From Neocallimastix sp. 'constans' (taxonomy: Eukaryota): DNA of 64,000 nucleotides. A program made the position numbers and the translations under genes. The stretch covers positions 496,001-560,000 of the forward strand of contig JBODTK010000102.1 in the NCBI GenBank assembly GCA_050613775.1, given 5' to 3'. Positions 1-15,067 of the stretch are shown here, piece by piece. Position 1 is the first letter of the stretch, and each line of letters begins with the position of its first letter. The notes under the pieces were generated by a model. The model did no database searches and was not told where the DNA came from. It saw only the letters and a program-made list of their open reading frames with translations.

Positions 1-3000
1 TAAATTGTAAAAATTCAGCGAGACTTATTTCTCTAAGTATTTAATTTTTCGCTTATTAAATTCGAAAAATTAATTAGTATTTATTTGCTCATTTATTTAC
101 TTTTGTAAATTAATTAATTTAAACAAAATGTAGGAGTTTGAAAGAACCTAAAGTTTCTATTTTAAATTAAAATTAAACAAGTTAACGTTTAATGTGTCCT
201 CCATAGTTTATGATTTAATATATAGTTCAATTATTTTAATTAAATAAATGTATAATTAAATAATTCAATGTTTTAATCCTCATATTTCATTTTACAGGAG
301 TGAAATTATAAATATATAAATTTTGAAGAAAATCTCTGCACTCCTTACGTGTAATTTCATATTCTATTCTTGCATTAAATTAAATAAAATCAATGAATAA
401 TTAAATAAATTATAATAAAAATAAATGAATAAAAACAATAATCAAAATTATTAACTTTTAATAAAATTTGTAATAAACAAAAAATTAGTTAACACTGTTA
501 ATGTATATTGTAATTACTATTGCTAATATATGCATTGATACAAACGTTTATATTAGAGGCTTAAATAATTTATAAGGATATTCCCAATAAGAAGTGTAGA
601 TATAAATATTTTTTAATGTTAATATGATTGGTAATGAGAAAAAAAATAAATAAATATGATTGGATATAAATAAATATATGTGCAAATAAATTAATTATGA
701 ATTAAATAAATAAACAACTTAACTATAAATAAATAAATTTAAATGTACAAATAAACCTTACAAATCTTAATAATTTTTATATATAGCTTTAATTTATTAT
801 GGAATTATTAAAAAAGTTTATTAAAAAAATGCCTTATAAAAGATGTCAGAAGTGTTGGCAAAACAGTTCGGTTTAAGATGGTTTTCCTGAAAAGAATCCT
901 AACTCAGGAATTTGAAAAATCCCTTGTTTAGTATTGTTATCGAATTTAGATCTAAAGAATTTAGGAATAAAGAAATAAACTTTGTATCCAAATACTTTAA
1001 TATTTGAATAGTTGACCTTTGTTTTGTTAATTATTTCATAAGGTATTTTCATATTTATTCCTTTGTGTGGAATGCGATTATGTATATAATTAGCCGTAGA
1101 TATAGCATCTTCCCAAAATTGGTGACTAAGTTTAGAGTCATTCAGCATAGCTTTGGCGGAATTAATTAGGGTGCCATTGAAGCGTTCCATCCTTACATTT
1201 TGTTGTGGGTTATATGGTACAGTTAGTTGATGTTTAATACCGTAAGGTTTAAATAATAAATTAAAATTATTAATGCAAAATTCTTTACCATTATCCGTTC
1301 GTATATATATTTCTAGTATTATACTTATTTTTAATACTTAATAACCAATTGTAAAATGAGTTAAAGGTGTCACTTTTAGATTTTAAAAACAAAGTTCATC
1401 CATAGAGTGAATAGTCATCGAGGATTGTAAAAAGATATTTGTTACCATAAAGCGATTCAGGAAGAGGACCAACCAAGTCCATGTGAAATAATTCAAATAT
1501 ATGTTTCGACTTATTGCTTGCTTATATGGTTTATTTTTAAGTTTTAAATTCATACAAATTGGGCATTGATTAACTGGTGTATTAAGTTTTAATAATTTGT
1601 TTTTAATATGACTAATATCAAAATGACATAATCTTCTATGCCATAAATATAATCTCTTTGTTGTATTTGGTATAGTGAAATTTATTTCTAAATTATTATG
1701 TTGATTGTTGTTATTATTGAGATTTATTTTATTATTGGAAAACCAAATTTTAAATGTATTAGTCTTGGTTGCAGTGATGTTAACTATTCTTTTATAGTTG
1801 CTATCGTAAATGATTTCATATGATTTATTATTTGAATTATTAAAAACAATTTTGTAATTTTCTTTTAGTAATTCGAATATGGATATTAAATTTTTATTGA
1901 TGGCTGGAGAGTAGTATACCTCATTAAGTATTATTTCATTGTTGTTAACATATCCCTTAAATTTTCCTTTATGGACAGCTGTAATTATTTGTCCATTAGC
2001 TAGATTAATTTCTTCATTACATTTTTTTTATGTCTATTAGAAGATTAAGATTGCTTGTGATATTGATTGAAGTACCGGAGTCCAAAATCCAACAAGAAAA
2101 GTTTTTGTGACTATCTTCATTTAAAAATTCTTTTTCAACGTTACAGTAATTTAATTCAATATTATTTTCTGTATTATAATCTTTAGTAAAGGCATCTGCC
2201 TATATTGTATCATAATTACTTGAAGAGGCATCATTAGTGTTCACATAATTAATATCGTTTTGAAATTTTCTTTTGTTTTTAGTTCTTTTATTGAATTTAT
2301 TTTTGGTTTGATTTTTATATAAATTATTTTTTCTGAATTTACATTCATAGAAGTAATGTTCACTTCTTCCACAATAGTTGCGTCTTCCACTACTCCTCTT
2401 GAGGACTTTTCTTTTACCTTTAGTTCTATTTTTGTTTCGATAATTCTTGCTCTTTCTTGTTTCAGCATTAAAGAGAACATTATTGTTGTTTTCCTGAATG
2501 GAATTTTTTTCTATTAAATTAGATAAAACGATATTAGGAATGATTTCCTTAACGTATGAACAGCATGATTACCAACTCTTATGTTGAAAGACGTTTATCC
2601 ACCTTAGATCTTCAGGTAAGCATCTATTTAGAATGCCGAATTTTGTATTTATACTAAGGTTATTGTCAATTTTCTCAAGTTCGTCTATTAAATTTTGCAA
2701 ATTGGGAATGAATATATTTATATCGGTCTTGGTGTCAAACTTTATTGTTTCAATTTTGTTTTGGATTTCGATTTTTCTTCTTTTCTTGCTTTGGTAAACG
2801 ATTCTTGGAAGATGTTCCAAATTTGAAAAGCGGTCTTTTCATTTCTATTTATTAGTTTTTGTGTTTGTTCTCCAAGCCCATTTATGATAATCCATTTGGC
2901 CGTGATGTCGTTAGTTATATCAATGTTTTTAGTATTCTTTTCATAAACTAACGAACTATCAAATTGATCCTCCGGGTAATCTGTTAATTCTTCTCTTATA

Positions 3001-4056
3001 TCTCTCTTTCTTAACTTCTTTACAATTGGATGAAGGACATATTTGGTCAATTTATTTATTGTTAGCAAATACAGAATTTTTCTTCTCCAACCAGGGTAGT
3101 TTTCTGTATTTAGTTCAGTGATATGGTTGAAATTTTCGGAATAATTAAAGGTTATTCCGTTATGCGTAATATCTTTTCCAGTGAGGTTAATAACTTGTTC
3201 TTGGTTTCTTCTTCTTCCAGCCATTTCGAGTACCTTTGAAATCTTAAATTTTTATTATTTTTTTAAATTAATTATGACTATTTTTTTTAATATCTTTATT
3301 AATAAAAATATTTTATTAGTTTTAAAAAAATATTATAATAAATAATTCTGTTAATTTTTAAAAATTTATTAGTATTAATTTGTTATATTAAAATTTCTCA
3401 TTTTAATTTTTATTTAAATTTGATTTCATTAATTTGTTACTATTTTCATATCATTGAGTGTTGTAATACCAAACTTTAATAAATAAGGCATTTATTTTAT
3501 TTAATTTATTTTTAATTTTGATTAAATAAAAGGTGATTATTATTTGATTAGACTTTTTATTTTTTATTCATTAATTAGTTTTATAATTTCATTTTAATAT
3601 ATTTGATATATTATATAATGTGATTTATTCAAAATTTTATTTGATACATATAATTAATTTTTATTATTATTTTAATTTATTTATATTTTTTTTGATATTA
3701 ATAATATTTTAGTTTCAAATTTATCTAAATACCATCAGTTGACTATTTAATTTTCATCTTGATGATACTAGATTTAATTTAATTTTAATATTAATATCAT
3801 CAGTTGACAATAAATTTTTCATCTTGATGATATTAATTTTATTTTTAATTATTTGACAATTTAACTATAATTTTATTTATTGTTGATTAAAAAAATATCT
3901 TTATTTCTTTCGAATTTGTTTCTGTAATAAATAAAATGCAATAAATAATAAAAATAATAAATTATTAGTTCTTTGATTTTATTAAAAGGTAAAAATAGAA
4001 AAATTTAATTTATATTATAACTTAACTTTATTTTAATTCAAACTCAATTAGTAGAT

Positions 4057-4070
4057 TGAGACTCTTAATC
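4057..4070 (-). promoter_or_regulatory. Primer-binding site complementary to tRNA-Lys(CUU) anticodon arm
   Basis: Plus strand TGAGACTCTTAATC abuts the LTR and matches the eukaryotic tRNA-Lys(CUU) anticodon stem-loop sequence. Confidence 0.75.
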
Positions 4071-4274
4071 TTTTAGACACATAATGTTTATATAATTAAA
4101 TAATAGTTTAATTTATTTATATTATTGAATTTTTATTATTTATTAATATATTTTTTTTTAAAAATAGAACTGAAGAAAAACATATTAATTTAGAAATCTT
4201 TTATACATGAATATTATTTATTAAACTAATTGATTGGTTAATATAAAATGAAATATAGTAAATATATTTTAACA
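4071..4274 (-). repeat. 5' LTR (204 bp) of copia family 1 copy
   Basis: Matches LTRs 31354-31557 and 37400-37603; minus strand starts TGTTAAAATATAT. Confidence 0.9.
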
Positions 4275-6012
4275 CAAAGGACCAGAAATTTTATCGTTCA
4301 TAATTACATCACTATCTAAATCAAAGTTAGTAATAGAAAAATTGTTTTCTACGTCGTGGTTATCAAGTAAAGGTCTTGAAGTGTCAAATCTTTCATATCC
4401 TTATGGATAGGGGTTCTAGAATTTAATTTTTGGTTTATATTTTCAATTATATTATTAATAATATTTAATCTAATGTTTCTTCTTGTTCATAGTAAAACAA
4501 TTTAATACTAAAATAAATTTAATAATTAAATAATATAAAGTAAAATAAAAATAATATGAATTAAAAACTAATTAAAAGTTTCTTTTGGAAATCTTTAAAA
4601 TTATAAAGAATTCCTTTGAATCTTTTAGATAATTATTGAATAATTTATATTATATTAAAATATGTGAAAAGTATAAATCTCTTTTTTTATTATATAAGAA
4701 TAAAGAATGGTATATTTACATAATTTTATACTTTTTTATGGTATTTATAGTGAACATAATATGTGACTTATTGTTACTATTTTTCACATATCTTACACGA
4801 ATATATTAATTCATGTAATATTACTCCTTTAATTAATATAACTATAAATCTTTACATTTTCGTTTCTAACAAAATATATAAAATTTATAAACTTATTTAA
4901 ATTATTATAACCTATTATTAATTACTAATTCTATATTTTTAAATTATTAATATTTGTTTTTAAAAATTTTGAAATAAAATTCAAGTTAAAGATTTTATTT
5001 ATAAAAATTAATAATTAATAATTTAGGTTCTGTTTAAAAATAATTAATTTATTTTTTACAATTGAATTTTTTATGAAGTTCAATATCTCGTTTCCTAGAG
5101 GTTAATTTAGGTTGAAATTAATATACATTATAGTTCTCAGTTGTGTTTTTCTAACGAATATAATTTTAGGGTGAATATCAAAATATTATTTCCAATTTTT
5201 GTTGAGTTATCGTTATATTTCTTCCAGTTATTTTTGTCAATTTATTAAGGGTTAAATTAAATTAAATTATCTTTAATAAACGAGTCCAAACCCTTTGGTT
5301 TCTAATTATCTATTAAATATTTTTATAATTAAAATCGAATTTAAAATAATTTTTATCAATAATGAAATTAAATTTCAATTGATTTATTAGTGAATTATAA
5401 TTCTAAATCCACTAGTATTGGTTATAATAATTGTTATGATTTTTATATAATTTATATTTTAAATTTAAATAAAATAATATATTTTATTAGAAATATTTAA
5501 TAAGTCAATATATCCATATAGTAATATATTATATAGATATGTAATAATATTAAATATATTTAAAAAATTTAGTTCAATAAAAATTTATTTAGAATTGAAC
5601 TTAATAATTAAAGTTATATAATTAATTTTATTTATAATAATTTCTCTTTATTAAATATATAAATATCAATAAACTATTACTATTAAAGTAATTTTACAAT
5701 AACCTTACAAAGAACATAAAAGATAGATTTTTACATCTTTCGTTTATACTTTGTAAGTCTCATAATAATGGTATTTAATTATAAGATATTAATAATATGG
5801 TAATATAAATATTAATAAAATATAAAGATAAATTTAATTGTATAATTAATTTTGTCAAAATAATGATTAATTTAATTAATTTATCTTTAATATAAATAAT
5901 GACCAGTTACTTGTATTAATATTTAAAATAAAAAGTATAAAAAATCATGAAATTATTATTTTATAAAAATACATCTTAAACTAAAAAAAAAAGAATAAAA
6001 AATACTATATAC

Positions 6013-7870
6013 TGTTATAAATATATTATAATAAAATATTTTCTAAAAACTATTAAACCATATATAATTACTATTGTGTTTATTATAGTTTATTTGAGTG
6101 TTTCTTAACATGATATTTTTAACAGATTAAGAGTCTCAGTCTCAACCGATTAATTCATATGAATGCTAAGTATTTTTTTTTAAAATAAAAATTTAACATT
6201 AAATAAATTTGAAATATATATATTTATTATTAAATATTAATTTTTTAATTATTTATATATATATATAAATATTTATAAATTATAGAACCAAAATAAAAGT
6301 GAAATCTTTAATATTTAAAATAATTATATAAAGAAGTACAATATCGATCTAATTGAAATTGAAAATAAACAAAAGGTCAGCTATTAGACATAAGCTGGGG
6401 ATGAAATAAAAGATCAGCTATTGAATGTAAGGCTGAGGATGAAACAAAAGTCAGACTATATTATATAAGCTGAAAATAAAAAACATAACATGTCAGCTAT
6501 GCTATATAAGCTGGGAAAAATATAATAAAAAATTCAATTATATAATAAATAATTAAAATAAAGATTTTAATTATAATGAAATTACAATAATATATTAAAT
6601 ATGAACAATTAACTTTATAATCATTTTCACAACAATAGCAAAAATTTTTTAAATAGACTTAATATAAATAAATTAATCCCTTTATATTATTATTCTTAAT
6701 ATAAATATATACAATACTTTGTAATAAACATTAATAAAAATAATTTATGCTTAATTAAAAAAGAATAGATAATCACATTCACATTATTTAATAAAAGAAT
6801 CAAAATTATAGGTTTCAGTAATAATAAAATTATACTAATTCCTTCCTTAATATTAAAAAAAGTATATTAATATCTTTAAACTAAATTTTATTAAATATCA
6901 TAAGCATTAATCATTAAAAAATCTATATAAATAGATTAATAATTAATTATTACTAAAAATAGAACCAATCAAAATTAATCACAATTTACATTATTTAATT
7001 TAATAAAATTAAATCTAACTAAATAAATAAAAAATATATAAAAGACAAATTAAAGAAAAGCAATAAAAAATAAATTAAGAAAATAATAAAATATAAATAC
7101 TTTTAATTAAAACAAGAAGGTAAAAATAAAAGGTAGAAAATGAGCAGAAACAATTCAAGAAATAATTCCAGAAATCAAATCATCGAAATCCCCAGATCAG
7201 AAAGTAATTTCTCCTCTAAAGGAATCTCTTTTAATTACTCCGAGAATTTCAATCATGTTACTGAATTAACCATTGAAAATTTCCAAGATTGGAAAACTAA
7301 CGTATTGGATCTCTTATTCATCAATAATCTAGAAGTATACGTTAGTTTACCAAAAGTAAAAAATTGAGCAAGAATGATGTTAAAGAAGATTTAGATAAGT
7401 ATATTAAAGATAAATTTAATAATTCTCTTGTTTACGATATTGGGACAACCCAAGCAGATATCAAGAATGACATCATGGTTAAATGGATAATTAATAATAA
7501 TTTGGGAAAGAAAACAAAAGAAACAATAAAAAGCTATAGTAAAACCGCCTTCGAAATGTGGAACTTCCTTCAAGATTCCTTTACTTTAGGAGAAGAGCAT
7601 CAAAAAATGATATAAAATTAAACAGATTAAAATTTACAATAGATGATGATATACATATCTTCCTTGCAACACTTCAAAATATGATCGATGAATTGGAAAT
7701 TATCGATACAGACTTGAGTGATAGTGTAAAGGTAGGAATTCTGAATAGAGCTTTACCTGAAAATCTAAGGTGGATAAACGTTTTCCAATTCAATAATGAA
7801 TATATAAAATGTTGCAACTACATAAAAAGAATAATATCAGATATACTTTTCTCAAACATCAAGGAAGAAT
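6013..7870 (+). mobile_element. Ty1/copia family 2 remnant (LTR end, PBS, leader, gag); 5' boundary uncertain
   Basis: ...TTTTAACA (6124) is followed directly by GATTAAGAGTCTCA. Frameshifted gag 7140-7881 is homologous to family 1 gag (FNYSENFNHVTEL, GILNRALPENLRWINVFQ). Confidence 0.8.
6125..6151 (+). promoter_or_regulatory. Primer-binding site complementary to 5' half of tRNA-Lys(CUU)
   Basis: GATTAAGAGTCTCAgtctcaACCGATT; its reverse complement resembles the D-loop plus anticodon arm of tRNA-Lys(CUU). Confidence 0.75.
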
Positions 7871-7881
7871 ATTATATATAG
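7140..7881 (+). pseudogene. gag: Copia gag pseudogene (three frameshifted fragments)
   Basis: ORFs 7140-7367, 7364-7615 and 7558-7881 align consecutively to the gag at 35224-36435. Confidence 0.85.
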
Positions 7882-10800
7882 TTAAAAATAGTATTTACAT
7901 TTTTTATATAGTTAAAATTAGTATCCATTTGAGGTAATAAAAAGAATTATATATAGTTAAAACTAGTATTTACATTTTTTATATATTTAAAATTAGTATC
8001 CATTTGAGGTAATAAAAAGAATTCGTTCATGGAAGGATGGAACTCATAATTTATAAAGAAAGGAGTTTCCTTAGTAGATTCATTAACAGAATTATTATAT
8101 GCAAATTCTGCACGGTAGATCCAATCAACCCAGTCATCATGATAATAAGCTCTTGAATACGCCCTAAGATATTGTTCAATAAAAGAGTTACATCTTATAA
8201 CTTGTCCGACGGTTTCATGATGATATGTGGTAGTTATATTATTTTTAATTTTTAATAAATGCATAAATTCATTCCAAAGAGCACTTGTAAATTGTGATCC
8301 TCTGTCTGTATTAATATCTTGAGGTAAACCATGTAGTTTAAAGATATTATTCATAAAAGTCTTAGCAGTTTGTTTTGTATTAGGTATTTGTTTAAAGGGA
8401 ATTAAGTGAATCATTATAGAAAAACGATCGACAACTACCATTATTACTGTATATCCTTTAGAATCAGGAAGACCACATAAAAAGTCTATTTCTATTGATT
8501 TCCAAGGTCTTTCGGGAGTATCCAAAGGTTGTTGAAGACCATATTTTCAGAGCCTATTTATTTTGTTTCTTTCACATTATTGACAGGAGTTTACATATTT
8601 GGTTACATCGTCTTTTATTTTAGGCCACAAAAGTTTTTGTTATTAACTCTAAAGTTCTTCTAATTCCTAAATGACAGGCTGCGGGCTTTTCATGATATTT
8701 TGTTAATATTTCTAATCGGAGAACTTCAGAAATATAGACTAGATTATTATAAAATATTAAATTGTCTTTTATTTTAAACTTTTTCATTTTTCTAAAGGGC
8801 TTATAAGAATTTCATTTTTTACATTTTGAGGACAAAAGTAAAGTCGAATATCCTCAGCTGTAGCGTCAGACTTAGTAGCATCAAAAATTCTTTCTAAAAG
8901 GTCACTAACAATACTTACAAAACATGGAATTTCTTTAACATTTTTAATGTCTTAAATATTTTCAGGTTTTTCTTCAGTGTTGTTTTTAATATAATCAGGT
9001 CTTCTAGATAGACTATCAGGTTTTCCATTTTTGTTTTCCTGTCTATACTTTATTATAAAATATATTCTCGGAAGAAAAGGTACCATCTGTGCTGTCTTTG
9101 ATTTGTAACCTTTCCTTCTAATGTGTATATTAAATTCCCATGATCTGTATGGACAGTAATTTGGTATTTAGCACCAAGGAGTAGATGTCTCCAAACAATA
9201 AAAGCATCTTTTACATCAAATATTTCTTTATCACTAATTGTATAGTTTATTTCGGCGTTTAGTAAACTTCTAAAATAATACGCTACAGGATGTAAATTAT
9301 TATCTTTATCCATTTGAGATAGAACAGCACCAATAGCATAATTACTTTCAACACATTCTACTATAAAAGGTTTTGTAACATCAGGATGGTGTTGAATTGG
9401 TGAAGTAATTAATCTTTTCTTTAATTCCTTAAAAGCATTTTCACATTCATTCGTCTATACAAATTATATATTTTTCCTTGTTAAATTATGTAAGGGTTTT
9501 GCAATTTTTGCAAAATCTTTAACAAATCTTCTATAGTAATTATATAGGCCAATAAATCTTTGAACATCTTTTAAATTTTCAGGCCTTGGTCACTCTTATA
9601 TAGATTTAATTTTCTTTGGGTCAGTAGATACACCATCACCGGATAAAATGTAACCTAAAAATTCAACTTTTTTCTGGTCAAATTCACATTTTTTTAATTT
9701 TGCATATAAATTATTATTAATTAAAGTTTGAAGGACGTTTCTGACTTGAATATGATGCTCCTCCAAATCTTTTGAATAAATTAAAATATCATCTTAATAT
9801 AAGATTACACATTTTTCCAAGTATGGTGTAAGAATAGAGTTAATAAATGATTGTAAAGTAGCAGGCACATTTTTTAAACCAAACGGTATAACTAAATATT
9901 CGTAATGACCATATTTAGTTCCAAAAGTAGTTTTATATTCGTCACCTTCTTTAATTCTTATTAAATTATAAGCTTAACGTAAATCCAATTTTATAAAATA
10001 TTTTGCTCCCTTTACTTTTTCTATAATATCTGTTATTAGAGGGAAAGGATATGAATTTCTTATAGTTACTGCATTTAATTTCTTATAGTCTATACATAAC
10101 CGAAGGGAACCATCTTTTTTCTTTTGGAAAAGAACAGGATATCCAGCAGGTGATTCTGATGGTCTAATAAATCCTTTTTCTAAATTTTATTTTATATAAT
10201 CCTTTAAAACTTGTGATACTTCTTCAGTCAATGGATAAATCGGGCCGTAATGGAGTGTAGCGTCTTTTTCTAAAACAATTTTACAGTCGGTTAAACAGTG
10301 AGGAGGTAATTTATCTGCTTCTTTTTTACTAAATACGATTGCTAAATCTTGATATTGATGAGGAATTTCTTCTATTTTTGGATCCTCATTTTCAAAATTA
10401 ATTTTATTATTTATTGAAAGAAAACAATATATTAAAAATTATAAGTGTATTCCTTCTTATTATTATATAAATTTTGATGATTTTTGTTAAATTTTTAGCT
10501 GAAAATTTATAGATTTATTTAAATATTTTTCATATACATAAATTTTAGAATTTTAATCAATAGAATTTTTATATTTATTAAACTTTTGATTTTTTGAAAA
10601 ATTTGAAAAATTTTTTAAATTAAATTTTTGGGAGATATTTTTTTGAATAATTTTTTGAATGATTTTTTGAAAAATTTTTATAATAAAATTTATTTTTCAT
10701 TTTTCTTTTAATAAATTTAATTTTAAAAATTTTTCTTTTCAAAGAGTTTAAATAAAAATTATTCACTTATTCTTTATATAATTATTTTTATAATTATTTA

Positions 10801-12722
10801 AAGAATAATAGTTTAAATAAGAATATATGGTGTTATTTTTATAATAATAATGTATTTTGAATTTTCTAATAAATTGATTAACAAAAAATAAATCAGTAGA
10901 TATATAATTTGAAATTAAAAATTTTTCTCTAAAATTTTGAAAATAAAATTTATTATTTTTAAAAAATTTAATTTGGAAATTCAACCAAACAAATTGCTCT
11001 AATTTGGTTGTTCTTCCTGAAATACCATTGATTAGGATTTTATTTTTTGTTCTTTGAAGTCTATTAATTATTTTTTTTTGGTTATTATTTCGATTATTAT
11101 TATTGTTATTATTACTAAAATAATTACTGCTAGTTTTATTTTTAGTATAATAATTATTATTATTATAATTCTTTTTATTGTTTATGTTTGGGCTTAAATG
11201 TTTCTTTCTTAAATTTTTATTACCATTATTATTTATTAATTGATCCTTACTTTAAATATTATTTTTAAATAAGATACTCTTAGTATAAATATCACCAAGC
11301 TTTGAAGGGAATTCCTCCATTTTTTCTATTTCTTCTTGGAACTTTGGGTAAACTTCATTATAGAAAAATAAGACTAAAGCTTCTTCATCACAAGACAGAG
11401 CAGTAGTTAACGTTCTAAACTTTTCTATATAATCATTTATTTTTCCGTACAAATGTTTTAATTTTACTAATTGGATTTTAGTCAATTTTTTACTTGCAAA
11501 ACTCTTAATTGTTTTCTTTATATCACTTATAAAATCCTTTAGTGTTTCTAGATGATTGTTCTAGTTATAGGTACCAAAATACCAATTTCTTGCTCCGTCT
11601 CTCAAACGACATTTGACAAAGGTTATTTTTACTAAGTTGGGATAAGTTGAGAAAGTATCTTCACATAATTGGCAGAATAAACCTGTTTGGGTTAGGGTTA
11701 TAAATATAGAAAATATTTCTATATTTATTACATAAAGTATTAGAAAATGATAAATAGTAACAATTACATTAACTTAGAAATTAACTAAAAGTGGTAATTG
11801 CTTATCAAAATTATTTTATATTTTATTATTTAATACTATTATTTACTATTTTTTTATTATTATTTATTATTATTATTATTATTATTTATTAATATTTATT
11901 ATTATTTTCTAGTTTAATAACTTTTCTAATAATTATAAATTATTTTTATTAACTAAATTAATAATTATTTAATTATATATTAAATGAATTATCAATTTTT
12001 ATATTTTATTAAAATTTTACTATTAAATTTTTTATTAACTTTGTTTATAATGATTTTATATATAATAAATTTTTATTAATTATTAATTATTTAGTATAAT
12101 CATTTAATGGAATAATTTATTTTTACAATTAATTTATTCAAATATTTCTAAACTATCCTAAACCATAGCTAAATTTTATAATTGTATTAAGCTATTTTAT
12201 TTTATATTTATTTAATTATAATGTTAAATAATTATTATTCATTTTTATTAATTTTTATAAATAAATTATCTAATTTATTTTGTTTTGTTTTGCTTATTAT
12301 TTATTATTTTATTAATTTAATAATTTAATAACAACGAAGAATAATTAAAAGAAATATTTACAAGTATTTATATTTTTACAAGAATTTAAAGTATTTAATA
12401 ATTTTAGTAAGAAAAAGAAATAAAAGAATAATTATATTTGATTATAGAAATAAAGAATAATAAAGAAATAAAAGAATAACAATAAAAAAATAAAGAAATA
12501 ATATCGTTGATAAGAATAATACTGTTAAAAGTTGTCTTTTAAAAATATTACAATATTTTTCTAGAAATTCGATTTTTTCAGAAGATCACGATTGATCTTT
12601 AATTTTAATTTTATTAAAGTGAATTATTTAAGGTTCAGATAATTTAATCTAATTTAAGGTTAAAAGTTAATTTTAAGTAAATTTAATTATAATATTTGAA
12701 TTTATAATTTCACTCTTCATCA
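7871..12722 (-). mobile_element. Degenerate Ty3/gypsy element (gag, RT, RNase H, integrase), with putative ~200-bp 5' LTR at 12523-12722
   Basis: Integrase 7947-8525 (PWKSIEIDF, TDRGSQF), RNase H 9053-9313 (HPVAYY, VHTDH), RT with YLDD mutated to Y*DD near 9795, gag 11252-11690. TG...CA block at 12523-12722. Confidence 0.88.
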
Positions 12723-12725
12723 AAA

Positions 12726-13519
12726 TGTATAGAATTAATTAAAATTATTTAAATATATCTTTAATTAATCCTTTCTACAATTAATAATTAAAATATTTTT
12801 AATTGAGATAAAAGAAAAAATAAAATAAATTGGAAAAAGAAAATATTTTATATAAAACTTATAAAGTTTATTATAAGATTATAATAGGCAACACCAAAAG
12901 ACAAGTTGAGTATATTAAGAATTTGTTTTATAATAAAAATAATTATTTAAAGTATTAAAAATAATTTTGTGTTAATTATTATAATTTCTTATAATAATAA
13001 CTCTTGATTATTTTTAGAAGAACCAAGAGTTTTATTTATATTAATTTAATTTATAATCTTGGAAAATTTTTTCTATCTTGAATAAGATTAGAAGAAAAAA
13101 CTAGAAAGCTTTCGATTGGTGTTTAATTACATTAATCTTTTGTTAATAAGAAAATCCGAATAAGGGAAAAAAACATATTAACTACTAATTAATTATATAT
13201 TAATTTTATTAATACTAAATCACAAGTATAATATAATTTAATAATTTCTTAATTAAATAAAATTATCATTTTAATATGATTTAATTTTCCTTAATTAAAT
13301 AGAGTTATCTTTATTTTAATACAATAATAAATTATTAAAATCTAATTTATTAATTATTGATAATTTAATTTAATGCAAATAAATTTTAAAAAAAAATTAA
13401 TAATTACTATATGAAATAATTAATTAAACTATTTATAAAAGTTTATAAAATAATAAACTTTAATTAATAATTTTTTAATAAAGAATAATTATTTTAGAAA
13501 ATATTTATAATTCTTTACC
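12726..13519 (-). mobile_element. Solo LTR, self-priming gypsy superfamily
   Basis: TGTA...TTACC termini, CAAAA on both sides, contains ATAATAACTCTTG..CAAGAG hairpin and AAGATTAG box. Confidence 0.75.
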
Positions 13520-13524
13520 CAAAA

Positions 13525-14504
13525 TGTAAGAATCTATAATTATTTTTAAATAAAATAATTATATTTTCTTAGGTAAGTTATAATAATTATTATTTTATTT
13601 AATTATATTATATTTATTTATTAAAATATTATTAATAATTTATTTAATTCAATTTTAGATATTCATTAATTTAATATAACAAAATTTAATTAATTAATTA
13701 TTATTTATACATTTATAAATAATTATAGTTTATTTAATTATACATTTAATTATTAAATTTATTAGTCTTATTTTATTTATTTAATTAAATTTTAAACAAA
13801 CACATTGTGTTTTCTATTATGTATTGTATTATGTATTTAATAATGTATTTTGTATTTTGTTTATTAATATTATTAATATGATATTTTCCTTATTTGTAAA
13901 TTTATGATTTTATGTAGAAATATCTATTATTATTTTATTCTTTTATTTTCAATCAATTAGATTAGAATAGTGAAACGGTTAATTAAGGTTTTTCTCAATC
14001 ACTTCTTAAAAGTAATTGGTTTTACCTAATTGATACGATGATCGATATGGATAGAATATCGATCAAAAGTTTTATATAGGTTTTTCTGTCTAATCTTTTC
14101 CTAGATAAGAAATTTGTTAAGATTAGAAAACGCTTTTTTTAATTTAACCTTACTTTTCAAAAAAGAATAAATAAGGCTCTTGAGTTCTCTTTGAGAAATC
14201 AAGAGTTATTATTATTACGATTATAATATAACAATTATAAAATAATAACAAAATTAAATATTTATATTTCTTATTTAATAAATTTTAAAATAAAAATAAA
14301 ATAAATAAAAAATTTTCTTCATAACAAATCCGTGTAACCTTTGGTATTTGTTTATTATAAATAGTTATAATAAACTCTTCAATATTAAGATAATTATAAA
14401 TATCTTATTTTATTTTACTCAATTTAATAATAATTTTTATAAAGTTATTATTAATTTGCAGTTAATAATTTAATTATAATTAATCTTATAATTAAATTAT
14501 TACA
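13525..14504 (+). mobile_element. Solo LTR, family A (same family as intact element 39186-46017)
   Basis: TGTAAGAATCTATAATT...AATTATTACA, collinear with 39186-40150; flanks CAAAA/CAAAG. Confidence 0.9.
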
Positions 14505-14513
14505 CAAAGAATC

Positions 14514-15066
14514 TGTAAAAGGTATGTCTATTATTAACTAATACAGGGAATAATAATTATTTTAAAGGCTAAAATATCTTAACACCTCTCTATTCGAGTT
14601 GTTAAAATAAATACTAAAATTAACTATAATTATTTATGTTATACACTTAAGAATATAGCGAAGCACTTTATAAGTTTATTTATTATTAGTTACTGGGATT
14701 ACACTAAGTTATTGTATTTATTTTTGATAATTAATTTTTATTTATTAATATTAATAATTATTTATAACAATTTACGTTAATAGTAATGCTAATACGTTAC
14801 AGTTATAAGTGCAATTATTTTTATACATGTAAATAAATTAATAATTGGTAAATAATTTAATTTAATATGAATTTCTAATCATTTAATAAAACTATATATA
14901 ACTAAATAACTATTAATAAAATAAACTATAAAATAATAAAATTTAATGTACGGAAATTAAGTAAAGATTTTATTTGATTAGTTAGAATTGCTTACTGTTT
15001 ATAGATACATTAGGTAACCAAAGAACTAACATTGGATAGGCTTAATGTTACCATGTATCTGTTACA
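14514..15066 (-). mobile_element. Solo LTR, family B
   Basis: Reverse complement of 16281-16830; TGTAAAAGG...CTGTTACA. Confidence 0.88.
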
Positions 15067-15067
15067 A

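Larger units (their letters stand above)
914..4274 (-). mobile_element. Ty1/copia LTR retrotransposon family 1, 3'-truncated degenerate copy (5' LTR, leader, gag, protease, integrase)
   Basis: Near-collinear with 34110-37603. Frameshifted gag fragments (2742-3224, 2569-2820), WILDSG protease motif near 2075, integrase fragment 873-1190 (ERFNGTLINSAKAML). Similarity stops at about 914. Confidence 0.92.

Noticed and set aside
842..913. Possible ORF start (ATGTCAGAAGTG...) and other short GC-enriched patches (4276-4490, 46270-46470, 53390-53740)
   Set aside because: Interrupted and too short to assign by eye; probably retroelement debris.
11686..11700. Telomere-like GGGTTAGGGTTA (also CTAACCCTAACCCTAA at ~48495)
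   Set aside because: Only 2-3 units, within or adjacent to gag/integrase coding remnants; not evidence of telomere healing.
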